A stretch of DNA of 64,000 bases from an uncultured candidate division Zixibacteria bacterium (GCA_963817915.1 CAWFQL010000006.1:1-64000), one strand, 5' to 3'; numbered from the stretch's first letter, positions 45,205-55,773 are shown. Notes: a model not told the origin generated them from the sequence alone. Made by a program: numbers and translations.

Positions 45205-47066
45205 TTATCTATTCCTATGCCCCATTTGGATGACGGCCCCATCCACCAGGTAGAATCGGCACCATAACCACCGCCGAAACCATCCTTGCCCTGAAGATCG
45301 AGAACTATACCGATCGAGCCGTAATTTCTATCGGGACGGCCATATCCCTGAGTATTATCAGCCGAACGGACTATATAAATATCTTTGCCCTGAATATCGG
45401 CCAGAAGCCCAAAACCATTGGCGGAGCCTGCGCCTTGCGATAGATCGTAGGCGTTGTAGTTGTCGTTACCTGAGAGATCGAGGCAAATGCCGGTAGCGCG
45501 ATCATGACCGACTCCCTGCATCAAACCTTTGCCGAGATAGCTATCGTCTCCAGAAACTTCGTATATAATTCCCAGAGCCATGTGAGTGGCGCATCCCTGG
45601 GCATATTGGAATGATACATACTGGTCGTTGCCACCGCCATCGGATAGCACTCCGAGACCGTACCAATATCCTGTGCCCTGGGCGAAGATATCGGATATAT
45701 AAACGTCATTGCCGGACTTATCTATCAGCGCACCGATTCCGCCTGACATCTTCGGCCGGATACCATATGCGAATCCCTGTGATAATGATAGATAATGATC
45801 TTCATATCGAAGTACATCTTTATATTTCCCGCCGGCGAAATAGGTGTCATTGCCTGAATTATCCATCAGCATTCCGATACCATCGACAAATCCAAATCCT
45901 TGCGCGTACAACGCCGCCTGATAGGAGTCATTACCAGCGTCATCGCGGACTATGCCGACACCGAAACATCCCGCGCCTTGCGTAAATGTATCTCCGAAAT
46001 ATCGGTCATTGCCTTTTTTATCCCACAGAAAACCGACTCCGAAAAGACCTGCTCCCAATGTCCACGAGCGAGCGTTGTAAATGTCATCTCCTGAGAAATC
46101 GACAACCATCTGACCGCCGAAGAAATATGGCGAGATGCGATTCTTTGGCATGTTGTAGGTATCATCGCCGGAGAAATCGAAGATGTAGGTTTGATGACAG
46201 GTGCTATCCATCTGGATATTATAGATATCATTGCCGCCGGGATCGATAACGATGAATAGATTGCCGGTGTAGTTATCTGCGGAAGTATCGCCGATAATAA
46301 CCTGCCCGTATTCGGTTGAGAATGAAACAGGCTTGCAATTTTTAAAAATATCAGCCCAATTGGAATCTCTTAATAGCGAAAGAAACTCCAGATAATCATC
46401 GATAATTTCGCCTCTCCCCTGACAGCCATCCGCTAAGGTCACCAGCGCCTGAGCCCATTGATCCTCATATTGCGCGATGCTGTCGATAGCATCGACTGAT
46501 AAAAATTCGTCTTCGACATTCTCTTCGAGAAGCATAGTAAACCCCAAGGCCAGCGAATCGATTTGCGCCTTGGAATAATTTGTATACGCGGGCCAACTGC
46601 GCGGGTCGACAGCAGCCGCCAATTCAAATATCAATTTTAGAAATACATTTTGATATGGGCTCAGTTGCTTTGCGATTTTGGCCGGAATCATATCGGCATT
46701 GCTATTCTTTACAGGATGGAGAATCAATCCCGAGGTATTTTCTAAATCTGTCGATTGCATTTTTACGTAGCCAAAATCTTTGAGGCTATCGATCTTCAAT
46801 CTGCTGGAAGCATAGTCGATTATCTTCAATGGGTTTTTCATCATGGTATTGATGAATGGCATTCTGTAAACATCCTCTTCGAGATAGTCACCCCTGAATG
46901 TCAGATCGGCACGGGTCATCTTCATCGCCTTCAACGCCATATCGAGACCGTTTTGCAGGGAATCCATGGGGGCATATGCGATTTTTGACGTATCGATTTT
47001 CGCGGTTTGAGCAAAGATGCTTGTAGACATAAGCATGGCAAGAATAACGGCGAATCTGAATCTCAT
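45201..47066 (-). CDS. Secreted protein with about 12 DxxGxDxY/QG.G glycine-rich repeats
   Basis: Signal peptide MRFRF; DPGGNDIY, DFSGDDTY, DKKGNDRY, DDAGNDSY, DNSGNDTY, DKSGNDVY, DGGGNDQY, DLSGNDNY and others. Confidence 0.8.
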   Translation of the reverse strand: MRFRFAVILAMLMSTSIFAQTAKIDTSKIAYAPMDSLQNGLDMALKAMKMTRADLTFRGDYLEEDVYRMPFINTMMKNPLKIIDYASSRLKIDSLKDFGYVKMQSTDLENTSGLILHPVKNSNADMIPAKIAKQLSPYQNVFLKLIFELAAAVDPRSWPAYTNYSKAQIDSLALGFTMLLEENVEDEFLSVDAIDSIAQYEDQWAQALVTLADGCQGRGEIIDDYLEFLSLLRDSNWADIFKNCKPVSFSTEYGQVIIGDTSADNYTGNLFIVIDPGGNDIYNIQMDSTCHQTYIFDFSGDDTYNMPKNRISPYFFGGQMVVDFSGDDIYNARSWTLGAGLFGVGFLWDKKGNDRYFGDTFTQGAGCFGVGIVRDDAGNDSYQAALYAQGFGFVDGIGMLMDNSGNDTYFAGGKYKDVLRYEDHYLSLSQGFAYGIRPKMSGGIGALIDKSGNDVYISDIFAQGTGYWYGLGVLSDGGGNDQYVSFQYAQGCATHMALGIIYEVSGDDSYLGKGLMQGVGHDRATGICLDLSGNDNYNAYDLSQGAGSANGFGLLADIQGKDIYIVRSADNTQGYGRPDRNYGSIGIVLDLQGKDGFGGGYGADSTWWMGPSSKWGIGIDK

Positions 47067-47073
47067 GGCGATA

Positions 47074-47102
47074 AGTATATCGACAAGTGAGAATGCAGTC
47101 AA
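47074..47102 (-). promoter_or_regulatory. sigma70 promoter positioned for a leaderless transcript
   Basis: TTGACT-N17-TATACT-N7-ATG(47066). Confidence 0.65.
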
Positions 47103-47173
47103 CAAATTATATGAATTTTCTAAGGTATTGCCATCAGAAAATGATTAACCTGTTTCAAATCCTCACTTCAGCG

Positions 47174-47260
47174 GTCATTGCGAGAAGTCCGGCAGCTGCC
47201 GGACGCCGAAGCAATCTGCGGGAAGCATCCTTCAGATTGCTTCGCTTCGCTCGCAATGAC
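47174..47260. repeat. GTCATTGCGAG...CTCGCAATGAC palindromic element (partial copy at ~30379-30416)
   Basis: Terminal IR GTCATTGCGAG/CTCGCAATGAC with inner IR CGAAGCAATCT/AGATTGCTTCG. Confidence 0.8.
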
Positions 47261-47302
47261 ACGATCAACAAATTATATGAATTTTTGGATGGAGAAATTT
47301 TC

Positions 47303-48730
47303 CTAATACAGCCCGAATTTGGCGATGCGGTCTCTGAGGGTATTACGGGAAATACCGAGAATATCTGACGCTTTAACTTGATTGGAGCCGGTATATTTCA
47401 ATGCCGCTGATATCAACGCCTTCTCGAATCCTATCTGCAGATGATGGTAAACATGCCTGTCAGATATCGCCACCAGCTTTTCAAAATTCGGGCCGATGAT
47501 TTCATTGAACATCTTGGCGTAATCTTCTTCAACCTGTTCAAGGTCGATCTTCACGGTTTCTCTCTGTTCGGATAATACCGGGAAATGATCGGGAAGCAGT
47601 ACCTCGCTTTTGGCCATGACGACCGCGGTATGAATATTATTTTCCAATTCGCGGACATTGCCCGGCCAGGGATATTTCATCAAACCCTCTAATGCGGATT
47701 TGGAAAGCCCATCGATCTGCTTGCCGGTTTCTTCGGCGTATATCTTTATGAAATGATCTACCAAAAGCGGCAGATCTGATTTTCTCTCTCGTAATGCTGG
47801 CAGAAATACCGAGACGACTTTCAAACGATAAAATAAATCGACTCTGAATTTATCATCCTTGATCATATTGACCAATGATTTATTGGTGGCGGCTATAATT
47901 CGAACATCGACCTTGATAGTCTCTGTCCCGCCGACTCGTTCAAACTCCTGCTGCTGGAGGACTCGTAATACTTTCGATTGTGTCAATGGAGACATGTCAG
48001 CTATTTCATCGAGCAGTAATGTCCCGCCGTTGCAGACTTCGAATTTGCCTAATTTGCGGGTGTAGGCGCCAGTGAATGATCCTTTTTCATGGCCGAATAA
48101 TTCCGACTCCAATAATGTCTCCGGCAACGCGGCGCAATTGACCGACAAGAACGGTTTATCTTTGCGAAGCGAATTTTTATATATCGAACGAGCAACCAAT
48201 TCTTTACCGGTTCCGGATTCTCCCATAATCAGTACCGAAGCATCGGTTGCCGCGACCTGCCCGATAATTTTGGCAATTTCCACCATTTCGGGTGAACGGC
48301 CTATCAGTTCGCCGGGAATAAATTGCGGGTCGCGCGAGAATGGCTCCAGCCCTTTGAGGTGGGGTGTCTTTTTCATTACTCTATTTACGATTCCGGCGAT
48401 TTTGTCGAGATCGAACGGCTTGGTTACAAATTCATAAGCGCCCATCTTCATGGCTTCGATAGCGGCTTCAGTCGATACGAATCCGGTCATTATGATAACC
48501 GGCATGGAGGCATTGCCCTCTTTTATCTTGCTTAATATTTCAAGGCCGGAAAAATCAGGCAGGTTAACATCGAGCATGATAAGTGAAATATCGGGATCGG
48601 CTATTTTATTGAGCGCCTCAGCGCCGGTATTGGCGATTTTGATTCCGTAATCGAAATTATTTAGACATTCGCCAAGAGCCGAAATTATCTGAGGATCATC
48701 ATCAACGACCAAAACTGACTGCTTATTCAT
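47303..48730 (-). CDS. NtrC/AtoC-family sigma54-dependent response regulator
   Basis: Receiver VVDDD..LDVNLP..KP; GESGTGKE, ESELFGHEKGSFTGA, WPGNVRELEN; Fis HTH. Confidence 0.95.
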   Translation of the reverse strand: MNKQSVLVVDDDPQIISALGECLNNFDYGIKIANTGAEALNKIADPDISLIMLDVNLPDFSGLEILSKIKEGNASMPVIIMTGFVSTEAAIEAMKMGAYEFVTKPFDLDKIAGIVNRVMKKTPHLKGLEPFSRDPQFIPGELIGRSPEMVEIAKIIGQVAATDASVLIMGESGTGKELVARSIYKNSLRKDKPFLSVNCAALPETLLESELFGHEKGSFTGAYTRKLGKFEVCNGGTLLLDEIADMSPLTQSKVLRVLQQQEFERVGGTETIKVDVRIIAATNKSLVNMIKDDKFRVDLFYRLKVVSVFLPALRERKSDLPLLVDHFIKIYAEETGKQIDGLSKSALEGLMKYPWPGNVRELENNIHTAVVMAKSEVLLPDHFPVLSEQRETVKIDLEQVEEDYAKMFNEIIGPNFEKLVAISDRHVYHHLQIGFEKALISAALKYTGSNQVKASDILGISRNTLRDRIAKFGLY

Positions 48731-48868
48731 TCTATTCTTTCTCCGGATGATGAAAATTGAAGATTTTATTTATACTAAATATCTATGAAATTCTTGCCTG
48801 TCGCCAGGTTGAATCTATATCATCATCCAATAAGATAATCGGCAGATTAGACGGAATAATTAATCAGA

Positions 48869-50368
48869 CTAAAGCCCGGAAATCGGTAAAAAGGCATTTT
48901 GGATATTGACTATATCGTCGGACAGAATTCTATCGCCTGAATGTGGAGGCACATGTCCCCTTACCTCTTTGTATGCCCTCTGCAATATTGGCCCTGGCTT
49001 CAATGGAGATAGAAAATCAATACCGGCGCAGGCCGCCATCAATTCAATCGCCAGCACTGATTTAAGATTGGATATTATAGAGCGAGCCATACGGGCGGCA
49101 GTATATGACATGCTTACATGATCCTCCTGCCCTGCCGATGTCGGGATGCTATCTACAGCAGCCGGATGCGACAGAATTTTGCATTCGGATACTAATGCCG
49201 TGGCCGTAACATGGGCTATCATCATACCTGATTCCAAGCCGGGCTGTTTAGCCAGAAAAGGCGGCAATCCCGAGAATGATGAATCAATGAGAAGCGCAAT
49301 GCGCCGTTCGGAAATAGAGGCTAATTCAGTCATGGCGGCATTGAAATATGCCAATGTCAAACTCAGCGGCTCACCATGGAAATTCCCGCCGGACAAAATC
49401 TGACCATTCGATGGAAATACCAACGGATTATCGGTGGCCGAATTTATCTCGATTGAAAGCACGCGTTCAAGCTGCATTATGGCATCCCGCACCGCGCCAT
49501 GGACCTGCGGTATACAGCGCATTGAATACGGCTCCTGGATTTTCCCGCAGTTTTTATGTGAACGATTAATTTCCGAATTCTTAAAAAGCCTTCGAATATT
49601 CGCGGCGGTCGCTATCTGGCCAGGATGCGGCCTGACTTCCGAAATCTCTTTTGAGAATGGCTTGCAAGAACCGCGAACAGCCTCGATAGATAAAGCGCCA
49701 ATAATGTCAGCGCATTTGATCAACATGCGGGCATCGAGCAATGCCAGACTGGCAACCGCCGCCCCCGCCTGTGTGCCATTGATTAAGGCCAATCCTTCTT
49801 TGGGCTGAAGGATTAATGGTTTAATCCCAGCTGTTTGCATAGCAATGTTGCCGGAATATTTTTTGCCTTTGTAATGTCGCCTTGCCTTCGCCGATCAATA
49901 CCAACGCCAGATGAGCCAATTGCGCCAGGTCTCCCGATGCTCCCACTGAACCTTTTTCCGGAATCAGTGGATGGACACCCTTGTTCAGCATCCTTATCTA
50001 GTATTTCCGCCATTAACGGCCTTACGCCGGAATAGCCGCATGCCAGAGCATTGGCGCGCAAAAGCATCATCGCTCGCACTTCCTCTTCCGGCAGTGACGG
50101 CCCAACTCCGGCCGCGTGGCTTCTCAATAGATTTTTCTGCAATTTGGAAAGATCGGATAATGATATTTTTTTATCGGCCAATTTACCGAAAGCCGGTATT
50201 GAGTCCGTATACCGCAGTACCTGATTTGATAGCCTTATCAACCATCTTTTTGCTTTTGTTCATTTTGGCGATGGCAGATGCAGCCAGGGATGCCCGGGCA
50301 TTTTTTCTGGCGACTTTATCAATTTGTTCGAGTGAAAGATTATTTCCGTTTATCGATATTGATTTCAT
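48869..50368 (-). CDS. hutH: Histidine ammonia-lyase; several frameshifts
   Basis: [63 protein letters not shown]. Confidence 0.92.
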
Positions 50369-53244
50369 TATGATTTTTCCTTCTTCGCGCTATTCGATTT
50401 GGCGCTGAGCCAGCTATCAATGGTTTTAACTATCTCGTCGACACTACCCGGCTCTTATTTTTTTCCCGCCGACCGAATTTAAAAATATTCTCCCGAACGA
50501 GCTTTTTTCCAATCTGCTATCGAGAGCCACCACACATCCACTATCATTGGCAGTCCGAATTAATCGCCCGAATCCCTTGCCTGAATTTCACCACCGCCTC
50601 CGGCAATGACAGCATCGCGAAGGCGCTTCCGCCCTCTCGTTCGATTTTATCCAGATTCGCCTTGAACCAGGGACGATCGGGCACCGTGAACGGCAATTTG
50701 AACAATACCAAAAGCTCCAATAGTTCCCCCGGCAGATCGACACCTTCCCAGAATGTGTCTGTGCCGAAAAGCACGGCTCGTTTGGCGGCCTTGAAACGAC
50801 TTAATATCCTTTGGGAATTGTGCGAGCCATCTTGCGAAAATAGCTCAATGCCATTCTCGCTAAGTTCTTCTCTCAGGCTTTCGGTCGCGTTCTTCAATGA
50901 TCTATATGATGTAAATAAGACCATCGATTTTTTGGCCTTGGAGCATAATATTTTGCCCAATGATTCGATGGCGATATCTTCGAATGATTTTTCTTTCGGC
51001 GATGGCAGATATCCCGCCGATATTACGGCAACCTCGGAATCAATATCAAACGGCGAATCGAGACTTATCGACAGCACTCTTTCCTTCGAGGCTAAATCGA
51101 GCCCCAGACGTTGCCTGATATAATCGAAGTTTTTATTTACGGTCAATGTCGCCGAAGTGAATATGGCAGTTTTCAGATGATCGTAGAATTTTTTATCAAG
51201 TAATTTGCCGACCTCAAGGGGCGCGGACATTATCCGCGGTGAATGTCTCGGCGATGATGGCTTTTCGATCCAATATACATATTCGTTATTATCCGCAAAT
51301 AAAAGATCGTTGGCGGTCGCGTGAAACGTCTTGATATCCGATACAAAAGCGCCCGAGTCTGGAAATTAATTCATGCTTTTTGGGGATATCATTTGATTCG
51401 CCCAATGATTCAAGAAGCTTCTCCAGCCGCTCTAATAATTTGGCCAGGTCGCCGATGAATTCATCCCGCTCGGGAAATTTGCAGAGATTGGTTTCGCTGG
51501 TATAGGGAATTTCACGGGATTCGGTATTTGAATAAGATGATTTAATGGCTTCAGACAATTTTTCGAAAAACCGTCCGGCTGTATGGGTGACAGCCGTAAT
51601 AGAATCGATAACCGAATCGGTATCGGCGACAAGTTCCAGATTGCCCATGCCATGAAATACAATGGCGGATTTGAGATTGATCAAAAATCCGGTCTGTGTC
51701 GGCCGCGATGAATACATATCAGATAGCAGACCATCGAGATTCCGCCGGTCGAAAGAACTGCCCAGATATGAAGCCGCTACTTTCTCCAGATTATGGGCTT
51801 CGTCGAAAATTATATTGCCGGAATTAATCACCATTTCGCCGCCCGATGAAAAATCCGCGAAGGTCAGGTAATGATTGACTACTGTCACCTGGGCGGTCTG
51901 AGCTTCCTTTTTGATACGAAGCAGAAAACATTTATCGGCGTATTGACATCCCTGACCCAGACAGAAGCTTCCCTCGCATGAGATTCGGCTCCAGAGATAA
52001 TAATTTCCCGCGGGATTGAAGCCATTGCATTCGGAGATATCGCCGGTTTTGGTTTTATTCACCCACAATGTCAAACTTGCCAGTGCCTCCCGGTCCTGCC
52101 TGGCGAATGATGCCTCAGCTTCTACGAGGAGCTCATGAAATTTATAAAGACATACATAATTTCCTCTACCCTTGAGCAACGCCGCCTTGAATTGATATCC
52201 GACCGCTTTTTGGATTTGCGGAATATCTTTATAGAAAAGCTGTGATTGCAGGCTCTTGGTCTGGGTCGAGATAATTACATGCTCCCTATTTTGCGATGCC
52301 CACCACGACGCAGGCAAAAGATACGCTATCGATTTACCAACTCCGGTCGGAGCCTCAGCCAGTAGAAATTCGGAACGATTGAACGCGGCGGCGATATTGA
52401 CCGCCATATCTTTTTGCTGAGGGCGATACTCATACGGGGCTATCGACTTTGATAATATTCCGCCCGGCAGGAAATGATTTTCGACAGCCGCCAGATCGAC
52501 AGGGATAAAATCATCGTATTTTTCAGGCGGCGATTGGCCTATAATATTTTCCGGATATAGATCATCGATCGATTCGATAATATCAATTTTTTCATCGGCA
52601 TTAATGAGAAGCGATTTTTCCTCGATATTGAGCGGGGCAATCCCTTCCAACGATTGATAGAAATCTTTTATATACTCCGAGCCGAGCAAAAGGCGGCCGA
52701 CAGTATCTTTCGAAGGTGTAGGCAATGATGCCAGAAATCCGATTAATTTAAGATATATCGCTGAAGTCGCCAGAGCGTCATCGAGCGAGCGATGAGCACG
52801 CTTTCGTTTGATGACGAAATAATCGGAGAGACTTCTCAGACTGTAGCGCGGCAATCTCGGATACAGAATCCTGGCAAGAACTCCCGTATCCATTACGCGA
52901 GCCTCGTATTTTAAAGCTTTCTGTTTGGTTAGATGAGGCTTTAGAAATCCCAAATCGAATGCCACATTGTGACCGACCAGCCAGGGAGCTTTGTCAAGTA
53001 TCTTGAGAAATTCGTCGAGAGCATCGTCAATAGAAGGCGAATCCTCAACCATAGCATCATTGATACCGGTAAGCGCGGTAATCTCCGGCGGAATCTCAGA
53101 GCCGGGATTAATCAGCATTGAATATTGCTCGACGATGACGCCGTTTTCATAGCGGACAGCGCCTAATTCGATTATCTCACAGACTTTCGGATCGAGTCCT
53201 GTGGTCTCGAAATCTATAGCGACAAAATTATCGAATCTGCTCAT
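50368..53244 (-). CDS. dinG: DnaQ-like 3'-5' exonuclease / DinG-family helicase fusion; frameshifts
   Basis: AIDFETTG..GHNVAFD..HRSLDDA; YRPQQ, EAPTGVGKS, KGRGNYVC, FDEAHNL, FTSATL, FWEGVDLPG, KLPF; TAATG overlap with hutH. Confidence 0.9.
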
Positions 53245-53266
53245 TTGCTTTATAAATCATTAAATG

Positions 53267-54319
53267 CTAATTCTCGAATCCGCCTTTGGATTTCAATTTC
53301 TGATAATATTTGATAAGAATGTCGTTTGATTTCGACGCGCGACCGGCCGCACCTACAAGCCGTATTACATCGGCACGCGAAATCTTTACAGGTGGGCCCG
53401 TCAATGTCTGCACCGGATGTTTCCGCACAAGCCCCAATGTCACCACGGCAAGAAACAATGGCACGATCAGAAACATCCTGATCCCTTTATACTTTGTTGG
53501 GAAAATAGTCGAATAACTAATCGCGTCATCGAGATGGGAAATCGCATTGGTAGAAAGCTCATCAATCAATGCGGCAGCGGACCGATTATCGATTTTGAGT
53601 CCTGAGAAATCCGGTTTCAAGTCGTATTTTTTTATTATGTCAGACGGCAGGAAGCAGACACCCCGTGAACGGTCAACCGGAACGTCCTTGATTACATTAA
53701 CTTTCTGCAGGCCCAGTCCGAATGAATCATCGAAACGCCTTAATTGCGACGATATGGAATCATCGAGATTATAATGATCCACGAATAATTCTGTCATCAT
53801 ATGCCCGACCGTACCCGCTACATAATAGCAGTAACTATCCCAATCGGCGATATTTTCGAGGGCGCAGATATTGTCGGGGTTGCCCGACGGCAGCTGCGAA
53901 TATTCGGCCATACCGCCAGCCATTTCCGCTGCCCAATGATATATTATTTTTTTCTGTTCGGTTGGGAGTTCATCGAGAATTTCAAATAGCCTTTTAGAAT
54001 TTGCCAAAAGTCTGTAGTCATCACCGAGCGATAATTCAATTGACTCAAACAACGGAGAAATATTATCAGCCGATATCTTATTCCCATTGTAACCACGTTC
54101 GAGGATTTCCTTTAAATAAATCAGCTTTGCTTTCTTATCGAATTTGGGAATTATATCCGAATCCTCGATCGTATCCGCTACCCTGCACAAAAGGTAAGCC
54201 GTATTTACAGGATGTCTCAATCCCGGCGGCAGGAATTTTATCGCCAGCGCGAATGTGCGGCTAACCTTCGGCATGAATTCACGTACGAATGATTTACTAT
54301 CGGACCCAACAGCTTTCAT
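53267..54319 (-). CDS. Squalene/phytoene synthase family protein
   Basis: VSRTFALAI, YLLCRVADTIED, YCYYVAGTVG, GLGLQKVNVIKD...D..RG.CFLP. Confidence 0.88.
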   Translation of the reverse strand: MKAVGSDSKSFVREFMPKVSRTFALAIKFLPPGLRHPVNTAYLLCRVADTIEDSDIIPKFDKKAKLIYLKEILERGYNGNKISADNISPLFESIELSLGDDYRLLANSKRLFEILDELPTEQKKIIYHWAAEMAGGMAEYSQLPSGNPDNICALENIADWDSYCYYVAGTVGHMMTELFVDHYNLDDSISSQLRRFDDSFGLGLQKVNVIKDVPVDRSRGVCFLPSDIIKKYDLKPDFSGLKIDNRSAAALIDELSTNAISHLDDAISYSTIFPTKYKGIRMFLIVPLFLAVVTLGLVRKHPVQTLTGPPVKISRADVIRLVGAAGRASKSNDILIKYYQKLKSKGGFEN

Positions 54320-54405
54320 CGAGCGTAATTTAGCAATACGAAATTTCTAAATCCAGCCCTAAAGTATAAAATATTAAGACGAATAAGCTTGCGAATTATA
54401 TTATG

Positions 54406-54475
54406 GGCGGCAGTCGTCATCGACTGCCCCCGAAAATAAATTTATAAAGGGCAGCCGGGACGGCTGCCGCTCAGC
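54406..54475. repeat. Two REP-like palindromes shared with the 17.2-17.3 kb cluster
   Basis: GGCAGTCGTCATCGACTGCC; 54445-54475 is the reverse complement of 17178-17208 with 1 mismatch. Confidence 0.8.
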
Positions 54476-54491
54476 TATATCAGCTTGCGAA

Positions 54492-55223
54492 TTATTTTTC
54501 TAAAACCGCGATGGGGCTGAAATCGGTTTCGGTATCGTAATAATCTACTTTTTCAGATCGTTTGAGCCTATTGACAACCAAATATGTGATCGGAGTCGCG
54601 AATATCTCGTAACCAACCTTAAAGAACCATTGCGATAATATTGTCACCATAAGGGCCTGAGTACTCATTACATCAAAAAAGGCAATTGTAGTAAATATAG
54701 CTGAATCCGCGGCCTGCCCTACGATCGTTGAGCTGATCGTGCGCATCCAGAGATATCGTCCCTTGGTTTTGATCTTGAGTTTGGCAAGCACGAATGAATT
54801 TAAAAATTCCCCGATAAGATACGCTATGAATGACGCCAGTAACAACCGGGGAGTAAATCCTAAAATCGCGTCGAATGCCCTCTGCGCTTCCACAGGTGAA
54901 TCCAAATAGCCGGCTCTCCAGAATGGCGCGGCAGGAATCATCCCGGCGGCCAAAATCGCGAGTACCGCCATCAAATTGCAAAAGAATCCAATCCAGATTA
55001 CCTGGCGCGCCCGCGCGTATCCATAGACTTCGGTCAAGACATCGCCGATTATATATGTAATAGGAAATAATATCACTCCGGCAGGGAGAAATATCCCCTT
55101 GATAGATATAATTTTGACCGCGATAATGTTCGAGATAATCAGCGCGGTAACAAAAAGCCCGGCTATATATATGAACCAGCGATAATTTTTGTTGTTCGAT
55201 GAATTTTCTTTTTGAGTACTCAT
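54492..55223 (-). CDS. yhhQ: Queuosine precursor transporter (YhhQ/Vut_1)
   Basis: SNIIAVK, FPITYIIGDVLTEVYG, RLLLASFIAYL, WMRTISST.VGQ..DS. Confidence 0.92.
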   Translation of the reverse strand: MSTQKENSSNNKNYRWFIYIAGLFVTALIISNIIAVKIISIKGIFLPAGVILFPITYIIGDVLTEVYGYARARQVIWIGFFCNLMAVLAILAAGMIPAAPFWRAGYLDSPVEAQRAFDAILGFTPRLLLASFIAYLIGEFLNSFVLAKLKIKTKGRYLWMRTISSTIVGQAADSAIFTTIAFFDVMSTQALMVTILSQWFFKVGYEIFATPITYLVVNRLKRSEKVDYYDTETDFSPIAVLEK

Positions 55224-55657
55224 AAACCCAAAGCCTTCCTGGCCGCCGGGGTCTTGGTATGCTCAGCATCTACATTGATACCGATGCCACCGCGAATATT
55301 GAATTGCCCCGTGATCTTGCACCAATGGGGATCGACTACTTTGATAAAATCATCGAGCATTCTATTTATCACATGCTCATGGAATGCCCCTTCATTGCGG
55401 AATGACCAGAGGTAGAGCTTGAATGATTTCGATTCGACTATCTTTTTATCCGGTATATATTGAACTGTAATATTGGCGAAATCCGGCTGGCCCGTGACAG
55501 GACAAAGGCAGGTGAATTCATCGGTCTCCAATGTCACCAGATAATATCTATGCGGTGCTTTGTTCGGAAACGCCTCGAGTTTCTTGCTCGGCGCGGCCTT
55601 GCGACCCAGGGCTATCAGCCCCTCGTTTTTTGATTTAGTTCTTTTCTTTAGCATCAC
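55220..55657 (-). CDS. queF: preQ0 reductase (type I QueF)
   Basis: EFTCLCPVTGQPDFA, VESKSFKLYL.SFRN.G.FHE, RGGI. Confidence 0.95.
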   Translation of the reverse strand: MMLKKRTKSKNEGLIALGRKAAPSKKLEAFPNKAPHRYYLVTLETDEFTCLCPVTGQPDFANITVQYIPDKKIVESKSFKLYLWSFRNEGAFHEHVINRMLDDFIKVVDPHWCKITGQFNIRGGIGINVDAEHTKTPAARKALGL

Positions 55658-55673
55658 TATTTTCCAACTCTGA

Positions 55674-55773
55674 GTAGGTCGGTGTTTGATCCGGCTCTGC
55701 CGGAGAAAACCCGACAGCTTGATTTAATGTCGGGTTCCTCTCCGCTTAAGGCGGATTCGGAACGCCGACCTAC
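55674..55773. repeat. Inverted REP doublet (GTAGGTCGG family), each copy with a hairpin insert
   Basis: GTAGGTCGG...CCCGAC and GTCGGG...CCGACCTAC; inserts TCCGGCTCTGCCGGA and TCCGCTTAAGGCGGA. Confidence 0.75.

Noticed and set aside
35614..53244. Programmed frameshifting or pseudogenisation of mutS2, hutH and dinG
   Set aside because: Breaks are numerous, lack consistent slippery motifs and hit unrelated genes; sequencing error is more parsimonious.
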